Source of the DNA: a virus
Taxonomy: Duplodnaviria; Caudoviricetes
Length of the DNA stretch: 26,110 nt
Strand: one strand, 5' to 3'
IMG/VR virus record: IMGVR_UViG_3300027672_000077
Coordinates: 1 to 26,110 of that record
A program made the translations under genes and the position numbers. Positions 1 to 10,001 of this stretch are shown piece by piece. Below the pieces are notes generated by a model, which saw nothing but the letters and a program-made list of their open reading frames with translations, was not told the DNA's origin and searched no databases. Within the stretch, counting starts at the first letter, position 1; each line of letters begins with the position of its first letter.

Positions 1-2
1 AA

Positions 3-20
3 CCGCCTCCCTTTTTTTTT
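3..20 (+). terminator. 3' arm and U-tract of a probable intrinsic terminator (truncated by window edge)
   Basis: GC-rich ccgcctccc followed directly by T9. The 5' arm would lie outside the window. Confidence 0.45.
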
Positions 21-41
21 AATTTAATTAAATCTTATATA

Positions 42-791
42 ATGAAAAAAAATAAAACATTAGTAGACAAGGTCTACAAACTTACTAGGGGCGATGCTCC
101 AATATCATTTTTACTTCCTTCAAGCGGAAATAAAAGACAACCATTATTATGGTTTGATGAAGAAAAAGGTATAAACCGAGTTCTAAGATATTCCTCTAAT
201 CAAAAATCACCATTTGAAGACGAGCAAGATGGTAATGTTATAAGAAAGCCTGTTGATTTTCAGGATGGATTTTTAAGAGTTCCAAAGAATAATCCAAATC
301 TACAAGAATTTCTTTATTATCATCCATTAAATGGTTTAAAATTTGAAGAAGTTAATGAAGAAAAAGATGCAGCTTTAGAAATAGAGCAATTAAATTTAGA
401 GGCGGATGCGCTTATTGAAGCTAGAAAACTTTCAGTAGACCAAGTAGAAACAATTTATAGAGTTTTATTAGGAAAAAATACTGAGTCAATGACCACAGCT
501 GAATTACGAAGAGATATATTAGTCTCTGTAAGACAAGAGCCTGCTGATTTTTTAAAGGTAATTAACGACCCTCTGCTTAAATTACAATCTAATGTTCAGT
601 TGTTTTTTGACAAAGGATTATTAAATTTTAGAAATAAACAAAAAGAAGTATGGTATAATACTTCAATTAACAAAAAGAAAATGTTAACAGTTCCGTTTGG
701 TGAAGACCCTATGTATATTGTGTCTTCATATTTACAAAGTGATGATGGAATAGAAGCGTTAAAAATGCTTGAAAAACTATTAGAAGAGTAA
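42..791 (+). CDS. Conserved phage protein of the type found just downstream of the major capsid gene in crAss-like/Flavobacteriia phages
   Basis: 249-aa ORF with ATG after an A/T-rich leader. Motifs LRYxxNQKSPFEDEQ and FxDGFLxVPKxNxxLQEFL..HP resemble this family from memory. Sits upstream of tail genes. Confidence 0.6.
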   Translation: MKKNKTLVDKVYKLTRGDAPISFLLPSSGNKRQPLLWFDEEKGINRVLRYSSNQKSPFEDEQDGNVIRKPVDFQDGFLRVPKNNPNLQEFLYYHPLNGLKFEEVNEEKDAALEIEQLNLEADALIEARKLSVDQVETIYRVLLGKNTESMTTAELRRDILVSVRQEPADFLKVINDPLLKLQSNVQLFFDKGLLNFRNKQKEVWYNTSINKKKMLTVPFGEDPMYIVSSYLQSDDGIEALKMLEKLLEE

Positions 792-820
792 ATATCAAAT
801 CAAATAGTGTAGAAGATTAG

Positions 821-854
821 AAGGGGTCAAGAATAATTGACCTCTTTTTTTTTT
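821..854 (+). terminator. Rho-independent terminator
   Basis: Stem ggggtcaa (823-830) / ttgacctc (837-844), 6-nt loop, then T10 (845-854), 30 nt after the stop of ORF 42-791. Confidence 0.8.
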
Positions 855-857
855 GTT

Positions 858-865
858 TATCTTTG
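858..865 (+). promoter_or_regulatory. Bacteroidetes sigma70-type -7 element (TAnnTTTG)
   Basis: TATCTTTG directly after the terminator and 14 nt before ATG 880. A TTG at 837-839 is a possible -33 element. Confidence 0.6.
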
Positions 866-879
866 TAAAAAAGAAAGCG

Positions 880-1839
880 ATGATAAACGCTGTTAGAAAT
901 ACAGTTCTTGCTATCCTTAACAAGAATAATTACGGTTACATATCTCCATCAGACTTTAATCTGTTTGCAAAACAAGCACAGCTAGATATTTTTGATGAAT
1001 ATTTTATAGGATACAATAGTCAAATTAATAAAGAAAATGGTAGAGTATCAGGCACAGGATATGCAGATATATTAAAGGGATATGAAGAGGTTATTGATAC
1101 TTTTTCTATTACCGCTAGTTTATCTCAAAACTTATTAAATGAATATATAGTTCCTACTCCTGCTACTACAGGCTCAGATTATTATCTTTTAAATAAAATA
1201 TTAATATATAGTTTAGTTACTTCATCAGGAACTACAACAGCTATTGGAGGAGGTAATCTTAATCTTATAGATGATACTGCTACATTTCAAACTGATGGTA
1301 TAGTTTCTGGAGACATTGTTTCTGTAGTTATATCTAATTCAGTGATTACTAATTTAAAAGTTGTTTCAGTTACTAATCAAACTACTTTAGTTATGAATGT
1401 AGCTTCTTTAACTGCTGCAAATTTATCTTATGCTATTTATAAAAAAGTAAATTTAAAAAACGAAGCAGAACAGGTAAATCACAGTAAAATTACTATGTTA
1501 AATAAATCTATGCTTACAGCTCCTAATTCTACTTATCCAGCATATACTCAAGAAGGAAGTATTTTAACTTTACACCCTGATTCAATAAATACAATAGGAA
1601 GGGTAGTGTCACAATATATAAGATATCCTTTAGACCCTAAATGGACTTATATTTCCTTAATAGGAGGAGAACCGGTGTTTGACCAATCACAATCAGACTA
1701 TCAAGATTTTGAGTTACCTGCTGATGATGTAAATAATTTAGTAGCTAGAATATTACAATATTCTGGAATGTCTATAAGAGAAATGGCAACTGTACAATTT
1801 GGTCAAACTATAGAACAAACAGAAAACCAAGAACAATAA
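880..1839 (+). CDS. Tail ring/tubular (head-tail adaptor) structural protein
   Basis: ATG 880 preferred over TTG 853, which lies in the terminator U-tract. N-terminus VxxxVLAILNKxNxGYIxPxxFNLFAxQAQ and C-terminal YIRYPxxPKW...QDFELP resemble crAss-like ring proteins. Confidence 0.65.
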   Translation: MINAVRNTVLAILNKNNYGYISPSDFNLFAKQAQLDIFDEYFIGYNSQINKENGRVSGTGYADILKGYEEVIDTFSITASLSQNLLNEYIVPTPATTGSDYYLLNKILIYSLVTSSGTTTAIGGGNLNLIDDTATFQTDGIVSGDIVSVVISNSVITNLKVVSVTNQTTLVMNVASLTAANLSYAIYKKVNLKNEAEQVNHSKITMLNKSMLTAPNSTYPAYTQEGSILTLHPDSINTIGRVVSQYIRYPLDPKWTYISLIGGEPVFDQSQSDYQDFELPADDVNNLVARILQYSGMSIREMATVQFGQTIEQTENQEQ

Positions 1840-1840
1840 C

Positions 1841-2758
1841 ATGGCATATTTATCTCAATATCAATACTACGAAAATTCTGGAACTGCGCCTGCTAATAAA
1901 AACTGGGGGTCTTATCAATATGTAAGCTTGGAAGATATAGTAAATAATTTTCAGTTAATGTATTCTGGAAATCATTCTTTAGTTAATAACGAAGAAAGGT
2001 ATAAAATATTGTTTCATGCAAAACGTGGAATTCAAGAATTAAACTATGATGCTTTTATGGAAATAAAGGCTCTTGAGCTTACAGTATACGATAATTTAAC
2101 TTTTGTTTTACCTAGCGATTATATAAATTGGGTAAGAATATCTCTATATAAAGACGGGTGGCTTAGACCTTTGAATGAAAACATTCAAGTAAACTCTGCT
2201 CAATCTTATTTACAAGGTGCTGGAGGTACGTTAACATTTAATGCCGATGGAACGGTTATAACTGATGAATCTACATTGGATACTGAAAGAAAAAATGGTC
2301 AACAAAATAGTATATATTTAAATCAAAATAATGACATAGACCAAGTTGAAGATGATAATGCATCTGATTTTTATTCAGATTATTCTATTGGAGCTCGTTA
2401 TGGTTTAAATACTGAAACAGCTAATGTTAATCCAACTTTTAGGATTGATAAAAAAGCCGGTGTAATAAATTTTGATTCTACAATGTTAAATGAAAATTGT
2501 GTTTTAGAATATATATCTGATGGAATGGAAGGTGGAGACGACTCTCAAGTTTCCGTTAATAAACTATTTGAAGATTATGTTTATGCTCATATTGAGTACG
2601 CTATTTTAAATAGTAAATTTAATGTTCAAGAGTATATTATTAGTAGAGCTAGAAAAAGAAAAACTGCTCTACTTAGAAATGCAAAAATTAGATTAAGCAA
2701 TATTCATCCTGGAAAATTATTAATGAATTTAAGAGGAGCGAATAAGTGGATTAAATAA
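1841..2758 (+). CDS. Tail tubular/ring structural protein (P22 gp4-like position)
   Basis: 305 aa, 1 nt after the previous stop. Motifs SLEDIVNNF, FHAKRGIQELNYD, LPSDYINWVRIS, LEYISDG. Located directly before the stabilization gene. Confidence 0.65.
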   Translation: MAYLSQYQYYENSGTAPANKNWGSYQYVSLEDIVNNFQLMYSGNHSLVNNEERYKILFHAKRGIQELNYDAFMEIKALELTVYDNLTFVLPSDYINWVRISLYKDGWLRPLNENIQVNSAQSYLQGAGGTLTFNADGTVITDESTLDTERKNGQQNSIYLNQNNDIDQVEDDNASDFYSDYSIGARYGLNTETANVNPTFRIDKKAGVINFDSTMLNENCVLEYISDGMEGGDDSQVSVNKLFEDYVYAHIEYAILNSKFNVQEYIISRARKRKTALLRNAKIRLSNIHPGKLLMNLRGANKWIK

Positions 2759-2759
2759 T

Positions 2760-5700
2760 ATGGCAAATATTCAAAGAAATTTTACAAGAGGACGTATGAA
2801 CAAAAGCCTTGATGAAAGGCTTGTGCCTCAAGGTGAATATATTGATGCGTTAAATGTTAGGTTAGGTTCAACGGAAGCTTCTGAATATGGCTCAGTTGAA
2901 AATTCAAAAGGAAACACTCTCCTTACTACTTTAATGTTTGATAATATACCTTTGAGTAATAATGCTAGATGTATTGGAGCTTATGAAGACGGTACAAATG
3001 AAACTTTATATTGGTTTGTACATGACCCTGCATTTACTGTTGGAAACACTAGTAAAATAGATTTAATTGTATCTTATAATACTACGACAAATTCTACAAT
3101 ATATCATGTTGTTAGTATTAACGATGGAAATAACTTAAATACTACATTAAATTTTAGTCCTTATTATTTAATAACAGGAGTTAATTTAGTAGATAATTTA
3201 TTGTTTTTTACAGATTATTATAATCCTCCTAGATTTATAAATGTAAATTCTTCATACGCAACTCCTTTAAATTATTTAGACCAGTTTACAGCTGAAGCTT
3301 TATTAGTAATAAAAAGACCTCCAATTGAGTCTCCAAGCATTCAAATGTTAACAGTATCTGGTAATGAAGAAAATTTTTTAGAAGAAAGATTTATTTCATT
3401 TGCTTATAGATATAGATATTCTGACGGAGAATACTCGGCAACTTCTCAATTTAGTGATGCTGCTTTTGACCCCGGACAATTTAGTTTTAGTCAGAACAGT
3501 TTTTTAAATGAAGGAATGTTAAATTCCAAAAACGCTGTAATTATTACTTTTAACTCAGGAAGTTCATTAGTAAAAGGTATTGATTTATTGTTTAAAGAAT
3601 CAACTAATTCTACAATAAAAATTATAGAAAAATTAGATAAAAGTAATTTAGGATATTCAAACAACACTAATTATACTTTTTCTTTTGACAATAGTAAAAT
3701 ATTTACGCTATTGCCTGAATCTGAAATATTAAGACTTTTTGATAATGTTCCTAACATTGCCAAAGCTCAAACTATTATGGGCAATAGATTGGTATATGGT
3801 AACTATAAAGATGGATATGATTTAAAAGACAAATTTGGAGAAGATTTAAAATTAGAATTCTTAACAACTCTTTCTAGTAAGGAAATTGGAAATAGTACTC
3901 TTATAGATTCTACATCTCCAGGATATTATACCATTGGTCCTACGGCAAAAACAATTGATAACTCTATTGTTTATTTTGATTTATCTAAAGAAGACGGTAG
4001 CACTGTTGATTTAATTGCAGGAGCGGAAATAACTTTAGATTTTCGTTTAAATCATAGCGCTTTTACCGGATACACTCCCTCTCCTACAGAAGAAACATCA
4101 AGTGTAAATATAGTTTTTATTTATACACTTCCATCTTCTTTTAGTAATGTGTATTCTTTAGCTACTAGTACTGATTTTATAGAAAAAGTAGGTACAGCTA
4201 CAAATATACAACCTATATCAACATCTTGTGATGGAGCTACTTTAACCGACCAGGTTAATTGTGCTCTTCCTCAAAATTTAAATACATTTACAAAAACAGC
4301 TAGTGGTATATCCGCTAATGCTCAACCATTAGCAATTGTATCTACTCCAGGTAGTAACACTATTGGTATACAGATAATTGCAATGCAATATTTAGATGGA
4401 GCTAATAGTATTTACGAGTTTTATGAGGTTATTTCTTCAGCCGCTACTTTTCAAGAACTAGGCAATTCACAAAGTTTGCATAGTAATAGAGGGTATGAAA
4501 TTGGAATTGTATACATGGATAACTTTAATCGTTCATCTACAGCTCTTGTAAGCCCGCAAAATACCATACAAGTACCTTGCTCTAACTCAATAGATAAAAA
4601 TAGCATAGAGGTTACTATACCCTTCCAGCAGTTTGCACCAAAATGGGCTAGTAGATATAAGTTTGTTTTAAAACCTAATCAAGATATATATGAAACAATA
4701 TATTCTAATATTTTGTTTCTTGACCCAAATAGCAACGCTGCTTATTTTTTATTAGAAGGAGATAATGCAAGTAAGATTGAAGATGGAGATAGACTTATAG
4801 TAAAAAGAGATTCGGACGGACCTGCTTCTAATTGTCCTATTGCGACTGTTTTAGAAAGAAAAACACAGTTATCTAATTTTATAACTATTCCAACAGGAAA
4901 TAATGATTCAGATGGGAATCCTATAAACATAGAAATTCCTTCTGGAGTTTATATGAAAATAAATCCTAGTAATTTTAATGTTGTATATGAAGAAAATAAT
5001 GTAGTTAATCTTGCTTATAATTCTGTATTAGCAGAAAAAAAACGAACTTTCCCTATATTAGCTTATAGTTTAAGTATTGAGGGAACTACTACCGGTCAAC
5101 CAACTTGGACTCATATAAATTACGATATACCTCAAGGAAGTAGAATTAACTTTACCATAAATCAATCTAGAGATAAAGACACAAAAAACTGGCCTAGAAG
5201 ACAATATGAGTTAGAATTAAAATTATCGGCTTCAAAAGATTATACAACTATTCAAGAGTGGTTTGTTGGAGATAATGTAGGAGAGCTATTAAATGATGGT
5301 AGTCAAATAGTTACTAGAGGAGATTCTCCTATATTAAATCAATTTGAATCTACTTATTTAGAGCAAGCGGGAGCTCCTGACACCTCATCCCCAAGTTCAA
5401 GTATCCCTACTTCAGAATATACTAACTATTATAAATTCTACAGAAATACTACAACTAACGAATTATTCCTTTTAATTACAGGAACTGAATCTGCTGGAAG
5501 AACTAGAAATAGAAGGTCAAAAGTAAGTGCTAAATTTGATATTGTAAGAACTAATGACGGTTTTGTTTTTGAAACAGAACCTCAAGATGCTTCTCCAGAT
5601 ATTTGGTATGAAAATTATTTATCCTTACCAATAAATTCTGACGGACAACATCAAGGTAATGTTCAAAATCAAACTGCTTCTCAATCAGCTATTATAGATA

Positions 5701-7622
5701 CAAAATTTTTCAATTGTTATTCTTTTGGAAATGGTGTTGAAAGTTATAAAATTTTAGATTCTATAAACGGTAAAACAGTTAACATTGGGGAGCGAGTTAC
5801 TTCTACGTCTAATGTAACTTTTAAAGAAGCTAATAGGTTTGCTGATTTAACTTATAGCGGAGTTTATAACGATGAAACAAACGTAAATAAACTGAACGAG
5901 TTTAATCTTGGATTAGCTAATTTTAAACCATTAGAAGATTCATTTGGTCCTATACAAATATTATTTGCTAGAAAAACTGATATATTAACCCTACAAGAAG
6001 ATAAAATTTCTTACGTTTTAACTGGGAAAAATTTAATAAGCGATTCAACTGGAGGTGGAGTTATAGCTTCAATTCCTGAAGTATTAGGACAGCAAATTGC
6101 AAGAACAGAAAAATATGGTATAAGTAATAATCCGGAAAGTTTTGTTTCTTGGGGAGCTAATAAATATTTTACAGATTCTAAAAGAGGAGCGGTTATAAAC
6201 CTAATAGGAAGTAACACTCAACAAGAACAACTTCAAGTAATTTCTGAAACAGGAATGCGAGGTTGGTTTAGAGATTTATTTATAGAGTCAAACAACACAT
6301 ATAAACTTGGAGGATTTGACCCTTATATGAATGAATATGTATTGCATTCAAATATTCAACTACCACCAGTAAGTAAAGATTGTTTAAAATGTGATGTTTC
6401 AAAAAACATAATACTTTCTCCAGGGGAAAGTTTTAGTTATTGTGTAGATTTAACTAATTTGTTAGGATTAGTTGACATAGATTACATTATTCCTTTTCAA
6501 GGATTTGATGATATTGTTACTGAATTAAATTCAACTACAATCACAGAGTTATCTGAACAAAATATTGTGGCTGAAGAAGTCCTTACTGGAACTGGGTACA
6601 CTATTACTGCTGTATATAACGGAGGAACACACACTACGGGATTAGTTTTTGAAAGTGGAACATTAACTTTTAATAAAAACGATGTTAATGTTACTGATGT
6701 AACTTTAACTATTTCTCATGATAGTCTTACAACTGACACAATTGAAATCAATGTGGGATGTCCTCAGTCAGTAGACATGACGGTATTTAATATAGCAATT
6801 ACCAGTAACTCTGATGCTGGTAAATTTATAACAAATGATTATAGATGGACAGATGGGTCGTTTTTCTCTCCAGCTCACGTTACTGCAATTCAGTTTTCTA
6901 ATAGTACAATTAACCCTATTGTTTCTGAATATAGTCAAGTTGCAGGTCCTCAAGGAGCTGGTATTATACCAGGTGATGGAGCGATAGTATCTTTAATTAG
7001 CAGAAAACAAGGATTTGATAATTTTGTTTTTAATCTAACTTTAAACAAGTTTAAATACTTAAGAAGTAATATTATTTATAATAATAATGCTACAGATATA
7101 AATGCTCTTTTAGCGGCATCTACAGATATAACCCCTATATATACTGAAGTTAATCCAGCTCAATATTCGGCTGCATTTACAATGCCTGCTGGAGGTCAGT
7201 TTTTATATTTAATCTGGGATTATAGAGAACCAACATCGTCTAATCTATGTTACTCTACATTAGGTGCACAAGATGCTTGTACGGGATGCACTCCCATTCC
7301 CAGTCCTACGCCTACACCATCTCCTACACCTGTAACAACTTACAGATGGCTTATTGAATCTGGAAGCGGAACTACGACAAGTCCATCTACCTGTCCTTTT
7401 GTGGGAACAGACCTTTATAGTACTTCCAGTTCTTTCAATACAGTATTTGTTAATAACACAATTTTTTACACAGACGCTGCAAGAACTCAAATATTTCAAG
7501 GAAATAATAATTATTTTGGAATAAGACAACCTAGTCAGGGATACGGTCAAGCTCAAGGTATATTTAGAATGACAAGTTTAGGTACAACCTCAAATATAGA
7601 CACAGCAGGAGTCTGCAATTAA
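2760..7622 (+). CDS. Tail stabilization/muzzle protein (P22 gp10-like beta-propeller), N-terminal part, with C-terminal extension carrying a PT/PS linker and a Cys-flanked module
   Basis: 1620 aa. Start NFxxGRMNKxLDERLVPxGEYIDALNVR, then LLFFTDxxNPPRxIN, FAYRYRYxDGEYSA, GNRLVYGNY, YGISNNPESF..YFTDxKRGAV and GGFDPYMNEYVL, typical of crAss-like stabilization proteins. Confidence 0.75.
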   Translation: MANIQRNFTRGRMNKSLDERLVPQGEYIDALNVRLGSTEASEYGSVENSKGNTLLTTLMFDNIPLSNNARCIGAYEDGTNETLYWFVHDPAFTVGNTSKIDLIVSYNTTTNSTIYHVVSINDGNNLNTTLNFSPYYLITGVNLVDNLLFFTDYYNPPRFINVNSSYATPLNYLDQFTAEALLVIKRPPIESPSIQMLTVSGNEENFLEERFISFAYRYRYSDGEYSATSQFSDAAFDPGQFSFSQNSFLNEGMLNSKNAVIITFNSGSSLVKGIDLLFKESTNSTIKIIEKLDKSNLGYSNNTNYTFSFDNSKIFTLLPESEILRLFDNVPNIAKAQTIMGNRLVYGNYKDGYDLKDKFGEDLKLEFLTTLSSKEIGNSTLIDSTSPGYYTIGPTAKTIDNSIVYFDLSKEDGSTVDLIAGAEITLDFRLNHSAFTGYTPSPTEETSSVNIVFIYTLPSSFSNVYSLATSTDFIEKVGTATNIQPISTSCDGATLTDQVNCALPQNLNTFTKTASGISANAQPLAIVSTPGSNTIGIQIIAMQYLDGANSIYEFYEVISSAATFQELGNSQSLHSNRGYEIGIVYMDNFNRSSTALVSPQNTIQVPCSNSIDKNSIEVTIPFQQFAPKWASRYKFVLKPNQDIYETIYSNILFLDPNSNAAYFLLEGDNASKIEDGDRLIVKRDSDGPASNCPIATVLERKTQLSNFITIPTGNNDSDGNPINIEIPSGVYMKINPSNFNVVYEENNVVNLAYNSVLAEKKRTFPILAYSLSIEGTTTGQPTWTHINYDIPQGSRINFTINQSRDKDTKNWPRRQYELELKLSASKDYTTIQEWFVGDNVGELLNDGSQIVTRGDSPILNQFESTYLEQAGAPDTSSPSSSIPTSEYTNYYKFYRNTTTNELFLLITGTESAGRTRNRRSKVSAKFDIVRTNDGFVFETEPQDASPDIWYENYLSLPINSDGQHQGNVQNQTASQSAIIDTKFFNCYSFGNGVESYKILDSINGKTVNIGERVTSTSNVTFKEANRFADLTYSGVYNDETNVNKLNEFNLGLANFKPLEDSFGPIQILFARKTDILTLQEDKISYVLTGKNLISDSTGGGVIASIPEVLGQQIARTEKYGISNNPESFVSWGANKYFTDSKRGAVINLIGSNTQQEQLQVISETGMRGWFRDLFIESNNTYKLGGFDPYMNEYVLHSNIQLPPVSKDCLKCDVSKNIILSPGESFSYCVDLTNLLGLVDIDYIIPFQGFDDIVTELNSTTITELSEQNIVAEEVLTGTGYTITAVYNGGTHTTGLVFESGTLTFNKNDVNVTDVTLTISHDSLTTDTIEINVGCPQSVDMTVFNIAITSNSDAGKFITNDYRWTDGSFFSPAHVTAIQFSNSTINPIVSEYSQVAGPQGAGIIPGDGAIVSLISRKQGFDNFVFNLTLNKFKYLRSNIIYNNNATDINALLAASTDITPIYTEVNPAQYSAAFTMPAGGQFLYLIWDYREPTSSNLCYSTLGAQDACTGCTPIPSPTPTPSPTPVTTYRWLIESGSGTTTSPSTCPFVGTDLYSTSSSFNTVFVNNTIFYTDAARTQIFQGNNNYFGIRQPSQGYGQAQGIFRMTSLGTTSNIDTAGVCN
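7293..7338 (+). repeat. Pro-Thr/Pro-Ser linker repeat (PIPSPTPTPSPTPVT)
   Basis: Alternating-Pro tract using the same cct/aca/agt codon units as the repeats in the next gene. Confidence 0.85.
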
Positions 7623-7632
7623 AATAAATTAA

Positions 7633-8793
7633 ATGGCTACAAACGGAACATATTATTTTGATACTGCAAGTTTTGACAACGCAACAACTCTTTATACAGA
7701 TGTTGCTTTGACTTTAATTGCAAATAACGGATGGTATTCTAACGACTCCATTGTAAGACAACAAGTTTCAGGAGTTTTATTTGCAGCACAATCTTGTGGC
7801 GCTCCCATTCCTACACCTGTAACGCCTACACCATCTCCTGTAACACCTACACCTGTAACGCCTACACCTAGTCCTACGCCTGTAACACCTACACCTAGTC
7901 CTACGCCTGTAACACCTACACCTAGTCCTACACCCGTAACGCCTACACCTAGTCCTACGCCTGTAACGCCTACACCTAGTCCTACACCTAGTCCTAGTCC
8001 TAGCCCTGGTCCGACTCCAACCTATACTACTCTTTTATATAGAGATGATGGTTCTGGTAGTGGATGGCAAAATTCAAGTACAGCCTGTTCTAATTCAGGA
8101 AGCATTGCTGTTGTAAACGCTTCTTATGGCTCTACTTTTTCCGTAGGCACTTATTTATTTACCAATACAGCCTTAACCATTCCTTTTAACGGAAATAACA
8201 GATGGTTTTTAGATGAGCCCAGAAACAATGCTTTATTTATAGATGCTAGTGGTCAAATTACTTTAGCAGCTTCTTGTTCAACGCCTAGTCCTACGCCTGT
8301 AACGCCTACACCTAGTCCTACGCCCATTGTTTATGCTTATACTTTAAGACAGTGTACTACTCTGCAACTTTATGATGTAACATTACCTCAATCAACACAG
8401 CTAGGAACTTCTGTAAGTTACGCTGCACAATGTTGGGAGGTATATGCAGTGGCTTCATCTGGAGGGGCAATAAGCCCTCAAAGTTATCATAACAACTGTA
8501 CGGATTGTTTAAATCCTCCAACTCCTAGTCCTAGTCCTACACCTAGTCCTAGTCCTACACCTAGTCCTACACCATCAGGTAGTTGCTATCAAATATATTT
8601 ACAGAGAGGTTTTCAACTTTGCTCTGGTAGTTTTGCAACTTATAGTTTTAACGCAACAACTTTAAGTTCAGCAACAGCCGTTTATTCTGATAGTAGCTGT
8701 ACTACACTTATGAGTGGAACATATTATTTTACACAAAATAATCAATGGAAATTATGGACAGGTTCTCAGTTTGTACAAAGCGGCTCTTGTTAA
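7633..8793 (+). CDS. Pro/Thr/Ser-repeat structural (tail appendage-like) protein with four Cys-containing modules
   Basis: 386 aa. Three (X-Pro)n tracts separate four small aromatic, beta-rich modules bounded by cysteines. Lies within the tail operon. Confidence 0.7.
   Translation: MATNGTYYFDTASFDNATTLYTDVALTLIANNGWYSNDSIVRQQVSGVLFAAQSCGAPIPTPVTPTPSPVTPTPVTPTPSPTPVTPTPSPTPVTPTPSPTPVTPTPSPTPVTPTPSPTPSPSPSPGPTPTYTTLLYRDDGSGSGWQNSSTACSNSGSIAVVNASYGSTFSVGTYLFTNTALTIPFNGNNRWFLDEPRNNALFIDASGQITLAASCSTPSPTPVTPTPSPTPIVYAYTLRQCTTLQLYDVTLPQSTQLGTSVSYAAQCWEVYAVASSGGAISPQSYHNNCTDCLNPPTPSPSPTPSPSPTPSPTPSGSCYQIYLQRGFQLCSGSFATYSFNATTLSSATAVYSDSSCTTLMSGTYYFTQNNQWKLWTGSQFVQSGSC
7804..8022 (+). repeat. Tandem 27-bp coding repeat (PVTPTPSPT)n
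   Basis: Unit cctgtaac(a/g)cctacacctagtcctac(g/a) repeated about five times, with degenerate flanking copies. Confidence 0.9.
8281..8325 (+). repeat. Further copy of the PT/PS linker (TPSPTPVTPTPSPTP)
   Basis: Near-identical at DNA level to the 7804-8022 units. Confidence 0.85.
8515..8577 (+). repeat. (PS/PT)n linker
   Basis: cctagt/cctaca hexamer array encoding PPTPSPSPTPSPSPTPSPTPS. Confidence 0.85.
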
Positions 8794-8831
8794 GTAATAA
8801 ATAATTATTACTTTTATGTAAATTAAATTAA

Positions 8832-10001
8832 ATGACTGAAATAAAAAATTTCTTAAGTAAGGAGGAATGCTTAAGTTTTATTAAAATGATAGACGAAAAC
8901 AATACTCCATCATCTGTAGTAGAGGGGGGTGACGATATAAGTACTATTTCAAAAACACGAACATCCAGTACTTCTAATTTAAATCATTCTATTCCTCAAG
9001 TTAAAAAATTTCATCAAAAAATAGCTGATTACTTAGGTATAGATATTTTAAAAGGAGAGCATCTACAGGGACAGCTATATGAAGAGGGTCAATACTTTAA
9101 ACCTCATCAAGATTTTTTTAGTGGTCCAGCTTATGATAAACATTGTTTATCTAGCGGCAACAGGACTAATACATTTATGATTTATCTTAATGCTGATTTT
9201 GAAGGAGGTGGAACTAATTTTGTAAATTTAAACACAGTGGTATCTCCGGAAACAGGCAAAGGGCTTACTTGGAAAAACATGGAAAAAGATGTTTGTTTAG
9301 AAGAAGCTATGCATGAGGGGATGCCAATTTTAAAAGGTAAAAAATATATAATTACTTCTTGGTGGAGAGAGAACATTTGGAATGGAGGAGAAGATACCAC
9401 GCTATATTTAAATAAACCCAAAAAATATACAGATAAATCTCAAATACCTAAGCTAACAGAAAAAGGATTTAAGGTTGTAAAAGTTCCTCCAGAAACCATG
9501 GGTATTATAAATGATGCATATAAATTACTTCAAAGCACAATTAAAGAAGAAGTTTTTGAGGGTAAAGAAAATATTATAATAGGAGGAGGAAGCGAGTTTT
9601 TAAATTTTGATGAAATACCTTCTATAAAAAATCTAATTCATAATCACTTATTTCCCGTACATAGAGAGTTTGCTGGAGTCGATATTGTCCCTAGTTTTGT
9701 TTATGGAATTAGGTCTTATTTAAGGGGAGCTACTCTAGTAAATCACGTTGATAGGGTAGAAACTCATCATGTATCTTCTATAATAGTAGTAGATAAAGAC
9801 TTAAGATGCGGATGTCAAAATAAAGAATTTGGAGATGATTGGGCATTAGAAATTCAAGACCATGAAGGGGGTTGGCATAAAGTTTATGCAGAACCAGGTG
9901 ACATGATTCTTTATGAGTCTGCTATTTGTGAGCATGGAAGAGCGACTCCTTTCCAGGGTAATTTTTATAGAAATTTTTATGTTCATTATAAAATTATATA
10001 A
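8832..10001 (+). CDS. Tandem 2OG-Fe(II) dioxygenase; N-terminal domain is prolyl 4-hydroxylase-like
   Basis: Domain 1: NFLSKEEC, RTSS, YxxGQYFKPHQD (HxD), RxxTFMIYLN, EGGGTNF, HEGMPILKGKKYIITSW (distal His and 2OG-binding Lys of P4Hs). Domain 2: YGIRSY..L.NHVD, WALEI.DH.G, PGDMILYES..CEHGR. Confidence 0.85.
   Translation: MTEIKNFLSKEECLSFIKMIDENNTPSSVVEGGDDISTISKTRTSSTSNLNHSIPQVKKFHQKIADYLGIDILKGEHLQGQLYEEGQYFKPHQDFFSGPAYDKHCLSSGNRTNTFMIYLNADFEGGGTNFVNLNTVVSPETGKGLTWKNMEKDVCLEEAMHEGMPILKGKKYIITSWWRENIWNGGEDTTLYLNKPKKYTDKSQIPKLTEKGFKVVKVPPETMGIINDAYKLLQSTIKEEVFEGKENIIIGGGSEFLNFDEIPSIKNLIHNHLFPVHREFAGVDIVPSFVYGIRSYLRGATLVNHVDRVETHHVSSIIVVDKDLRCGCQNKEFGDDWALEIQDHEGGWHKVYAEPGDMILYESAICEHGRATPFQGNFYRNFYVHYKII

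Noticed and set aside
7804-8022. Repeat array as CRISPR
   Set aside because: No unique spacers. The units are contiguous, in-frame coding repeats.
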